DNA of 64,000 nt, taken from Camelus ferus. Its lineage: Eukaryota. Positions 60,455 through 64,000 of the stretch are shown here, in pieces (position 1 is the stretch's first letter; each line of letters starts with the position of its first letter). The position numbers and the translations under genes were made by a program. Location: assembly GCF_009834535.1 (NCBI RefSeq), contig NC_045697.1, forward strand, positions 112,780,001-112,844,000, read 5' to 3'. A model generated the notes under the pieces. It saw nothing but the letters and a program-made list of their open reading frames with translations, had not been told where the DNA came from and ran no database searches.

Positions 60455-60835
60455 TTCTGTTTTTTTTTTCAATTGAAATATAGTTCACACAGCATATTAT
60501 GTTTGGTTCAGGTGTGCCACATAGTGAGTTGACATTTGCATACCTTATGAAATGGTCCCCACAATCAGTCCTTGTACAAAGTTATCCCAGTGTTATTGAC
60601 AGCATTCTTTATGCTGTATATCACATCCCCATGGCTTACTTATTTTTTTTATTGAATGAAAGATTTTAAAAATTCTACAGTGCTTTATAATTTTCAAAAG
60701 TTTGACACACGTAATTTCATATGATCTTGTACTAACCTCATTTTTAAAATCCCCCAGCCATATCTTGCCCCTCCCCCAACCACTCCTCACTGTTAACCAT
60801 TAGTTTGTTCTATGTCTCTGTGAGTCTGCTTCTAA
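60455..60835 (-). mobile_element. L1 3' end (L1MA-type) with an internal MIR-like segment
   Basis: aattgaaatatagtt...tcaggtgtgccacatagtga...tatgctgtatatcacatccccatggcttact...ccattagtttgttctatgtctctgtgagtctg. Confidence 0.75.
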
Positions 60836-60879
60836 CTCTGCTGCAACTTACTTAATCATTTCTCTCTTGATGAACATAC

Positions 60880-61487
60880 GCTGTTAGTCAGGTTTAGTCA
60901 AGAGAGTGAAACCAGACTATTTTATCATGAAGAATTTAATAGACAGATTCATTGCCTGGATGTAAAAGATCAGTAACTAGGTAACAGAAAAGGCAAAAAA
61001 AAAAAAAAAAAAAAGAACAGCAAGATACTTCAAATTGGGATTGCAGGAAGCATTCATCCCCCCATGTCTGAGTGAACAAGGAAAAAAAATTGGAATTATT
61101 AAAAGCATGGAAGAGGGGCCCCCCAGAACTGAAACTCATTCTGAGGAGGGAGCCAGCTGGCTGAGGCTAGTGTCTAAAAGTGAGTCAGTGACTGTGAGTG
61201 GGAGAAAGGCTTCATGTTTAGCAGCTGTTGCTGCAGGGCCGAACTGCAGCTGCCAAGGGGAAGAAGCCCTTCTGGGTGAGGCTCACTTGCTAGATGCAGA
61301 TAAGGAGCCAACAGCAAGCAAATCGGACAGAGCAAGTCCCGCTTTCTTTTTCCAGGCTTCCAGGTTCCCTGTGGAGCACTTTCCGGGGAGCTTCGGAGGG
61401 AGCCAGGTGACTTTGCAGGGTCCCAGCTCCAGAATAGAATTTAGAAGTATGGCGTAAAAGGTTCCAGACATTAATTTAACTGGCACA
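60880..61487. mobile_element. ERVL-type LTR (LTR33-like)
   Basis: tgttagtcaggtttagtcaagagagtgaaacca...gaatttaata...; purine-rich body ending aactggcaca. Confidence 0.55.
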
Positions 61488-62371
61488 TCTTTATTGCCAA
61501 TTTTTTTTTTTTTTTTGTCATTTAAGGACAGAGCTGTATTGTGTCCTTATTCTCGTATCCTTATGGACCTGTGCTTTTATTTCTCTGGGACAGATTCCCA
61601 AGAGGGAGATTACTGCATAAAATGATATCTTACATTCCAACAGATGTCCCCAGGTTTTTTTCCAAATAATACAGCAAAAATGCACATTCCTCCTAGCAAT
61701 TTTTGAGAGAACTCTTTTTCCTCATCCGCGTCAGCAATAGAGGCTATCGCTCTTTTCAGTTTTTCCATCATAGTGGGTATAAAGCAAGGTCTTGTTAGTT
61801 TAATTTGCGTTTTCCTGACTGCTTGCGATTTTAAGTATCTTGTCATATGCTAATTAAGAATCTGTAGTTCCTTTTTTGTGCATTTCTCTTCCTAGCTTTT
61901 GCTTAATTTTTTTTCTATTAGATTTCTTCCTGTTACCTTTTTTTTGTGTGTGAATAGACAAAACCTCTTTGACTATTATAGAAATTGGACCTCATCAGTA
62001 TTTTGTCCTGTACTTTTTAAAACTCTATTGTTTGTTTATTCACTTTCATTTTTTGTGTGTTTTCCAAAGTAATTTAACCAAATATGACTTACTGCTTCTG
62101 GTTTCTGTATTAGTTATACTGATCTTCCTCACCCCAAGACTGCGTTTATAGTTTAGGCTTATTTCGAAGATGTTTTTATCTTTCACATTTAAGACTTTGT
62201 TCTCTCTGGAGTCTGACTGTAGATGTCATTCCATACCGGTTTGACTTTTTCTTCCTCATGGAAGCCAGGTGTCCAGAAGCATTTATTATATCCACTCTCC
62301 TTTCAATATTGACTTGAATACCCATTTTGCTATATGTGAAATTCTTATCCCTATTTCTGGATTTTGCAGTA

Positions 62372-62820
62372 TTTCCATTTGGATAGGCTAAACTGTTATA
62401 AAAATAAATCCAAAAATGTGACGGCTCCAAGGAAATACAAGTTTACTTCTCTCATGATGGTTTAACGTGTCTCTTCCAAACTGGCAGCAGGCTTTTCACC
62501 GTGTGGTCATTCAGGGACTCAGGAGAATTCAGCTCCACTCTTTAATATGTGACTTCCTGGCTTGCTCTGATAGTCATCTTCCTAGCACAGAGCAGTAGAA
62601 AAGGAGTGTGGAGGAAAGTTTAGATTTAGGAGACAAGCAGGGAGCTGACAATTGTTAGCCCTCTGCGCATCTCGCTGGAGGAAATTTAGTCGTAGGCAGC
62701 CTGTAGCTGGAAGGAAGGACAGGGACATGTCACGTGACTGGCAAGAGGTGTACCTAGTCACTGTTTTCTTAATACAGAAGAAAAGAGAATGGATTTTAGG
62801 AAATTTATCAGACATTGCCA
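62372..62820 (-). mobile_element. Old MaLR LTR (MLT1K/L-like)
   Basis: ggataggctaaactgttataaaaataaatccaaaaat...aagtttacttctctc...gtggtcattcagggactcagg. Confidence 0.6.
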
Positions 62821-64000
62821 TGGAATAAGTTTCTTGTATCTACTAAAGTCTTGTTAATTACAGCTTTCTTTTATAACTAGAAACAGTTAGAATTTCTATA
62901 GGACCGTATCATCAATAAGATAAAATCGGTTGTTTCTTTTCCAATAATTTTTTCTACCAAATGTTTCATTTTCTTCTTACTTTTGTTACAAACTCTCAGA
63001 CAAGTTGAATAATAATTGTAAGAGCAAGCATCCCTAACAGAACGTCTTCAATTAACACAATTCTAGTATTTAATTAACACAGTATGTAGTATTCACAGTA
63101 TCTAGAGTGATATTTGGTGCTGTTTCCTAGGATATTGTCTTTATCACTTTACGAGGTTTTCTTCAACTTTTGTTTCACTCAGGACTTACATTATAGTAAG
63201 ATTGGCAAAGTTTGTCAAACATCTCTTCGGCACTTGACTATAAGATCATAATGTTTTTCTCTTTCAATATATTGGTCTAATGAATTATTGATAGATTTCC
63301 TGATAAGGGGATATCAGAACTAAATCCTATCTATTTTATTCCTTGGGTACTTACTTTTGGTACACCGCCGGTGTATCAAATATACATGCTACTATTAGAT
63401 ATAATAATATTTTAAAAGAATTTTTGCGTCTGTAGTCCCAAATGACCAGAGCATAATTTATTTTCCTTTTTTATTTCTTTCTGAGTACTGTCTTAACACA
63501 TTGAAGTTACATTTATGCAGGATTAATAATATGAATTAAGGAAGTTTCTATTTCTATAGTCAAGAATAGTGTAAATAAAATTAAAATTATGTATTCTTTT
63601 AAAGTAAGATACAACTTAGTTGTGAAACCATCATGCACTTTACAGGGCATATAGACTTTTATTTGTTTATCCAGTCTCTTCTTTGTTAATGATCTATTCA
63701 TTGACATTATCATCGATTTATTTCCTCTTCTTGAATAAATTCTGACAACTTTTATTGTGCTAGAATGTGACCCATTTCCTCTAGGTTTTCAAATTTGTAG
63801 TAATACCATTACATATAGCGGTCTTTTATAATTTTTCTAACTTCTTCTTTATCTCTGGTTATATATCCTTTCTCATTTCCTATATGTTTCTGCTCTCTTT
63901 AACAATTCTTACAGGAAATTCATCTATTTTGTAATTATTTTCAAAAATCTGCTATAAGAAATATTCTTTGTCCTTCTTGTTTATATCCATTTAATGAGTT

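Larger units (their letters stand above)
59620..64000 (-). mobile_element. Old L1ME-type element fragmented by later insertions
   Basis: Antisense L1 motifs at 59620-60450, 61500-62370 and 62830-64000 (gttttaatttgcgttttcctgact, gtgaaaccatcatg, ccatttcctctaggttttcaaatttgt). Confidence 0.65.

Noticed and set aside
1..64000. Prokaryotic systems (operons, CRISPR arrays, defence islands)
   Set aside because: The sequence is mammalian, with no long ORFs and no repeat-spacer arrays.

Overview
This is a 64-kb AT-rich, repeat-dense stretch of mammalian non-coding DNA. It is most likely camelid (Camelus/Vicugna/Lama), inferred from five copies of a tRNA-Ala-derived SINE resembling camelid Vic-1 and from cetartiodactyl-type L1 3' ends. 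I recognise no host protein-coding gene, and nearly all listed ORFs are chance ORFs or decayed L1 sequence. The main structure is a decayed ~5.1-kb class I (gamma-like) endogenous retrovirus on the minus strand (17345-22430). It has a 5' LTR, a tRNA-Arg-like PBS, a leader splice donor, a gag-MA remnant, no recognisable pro/RT, an env pseudogene (CWLC and immunosuppressive domain visible) and a truncated 3' LTR, with a nested solo LTR and a nested SINE. Elsewhere are several solo LTRs with TSDs, many L1 fragments (one possibly twin-primed, one close inverted pair), MER63/MER20/MER5A DNA-transposon fossils, L2/MIR relics and microsatellites. There is also a CpG-rich candidate terminal exon (minus strand, ~51190-51712) of an unidentified transcript and a few candidate enhancers and splice sites. 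I found no convincing novel biological system. Repeat subfamily names come from recalled consensus similarity and need RepeatMasker/Dfam confirmation.
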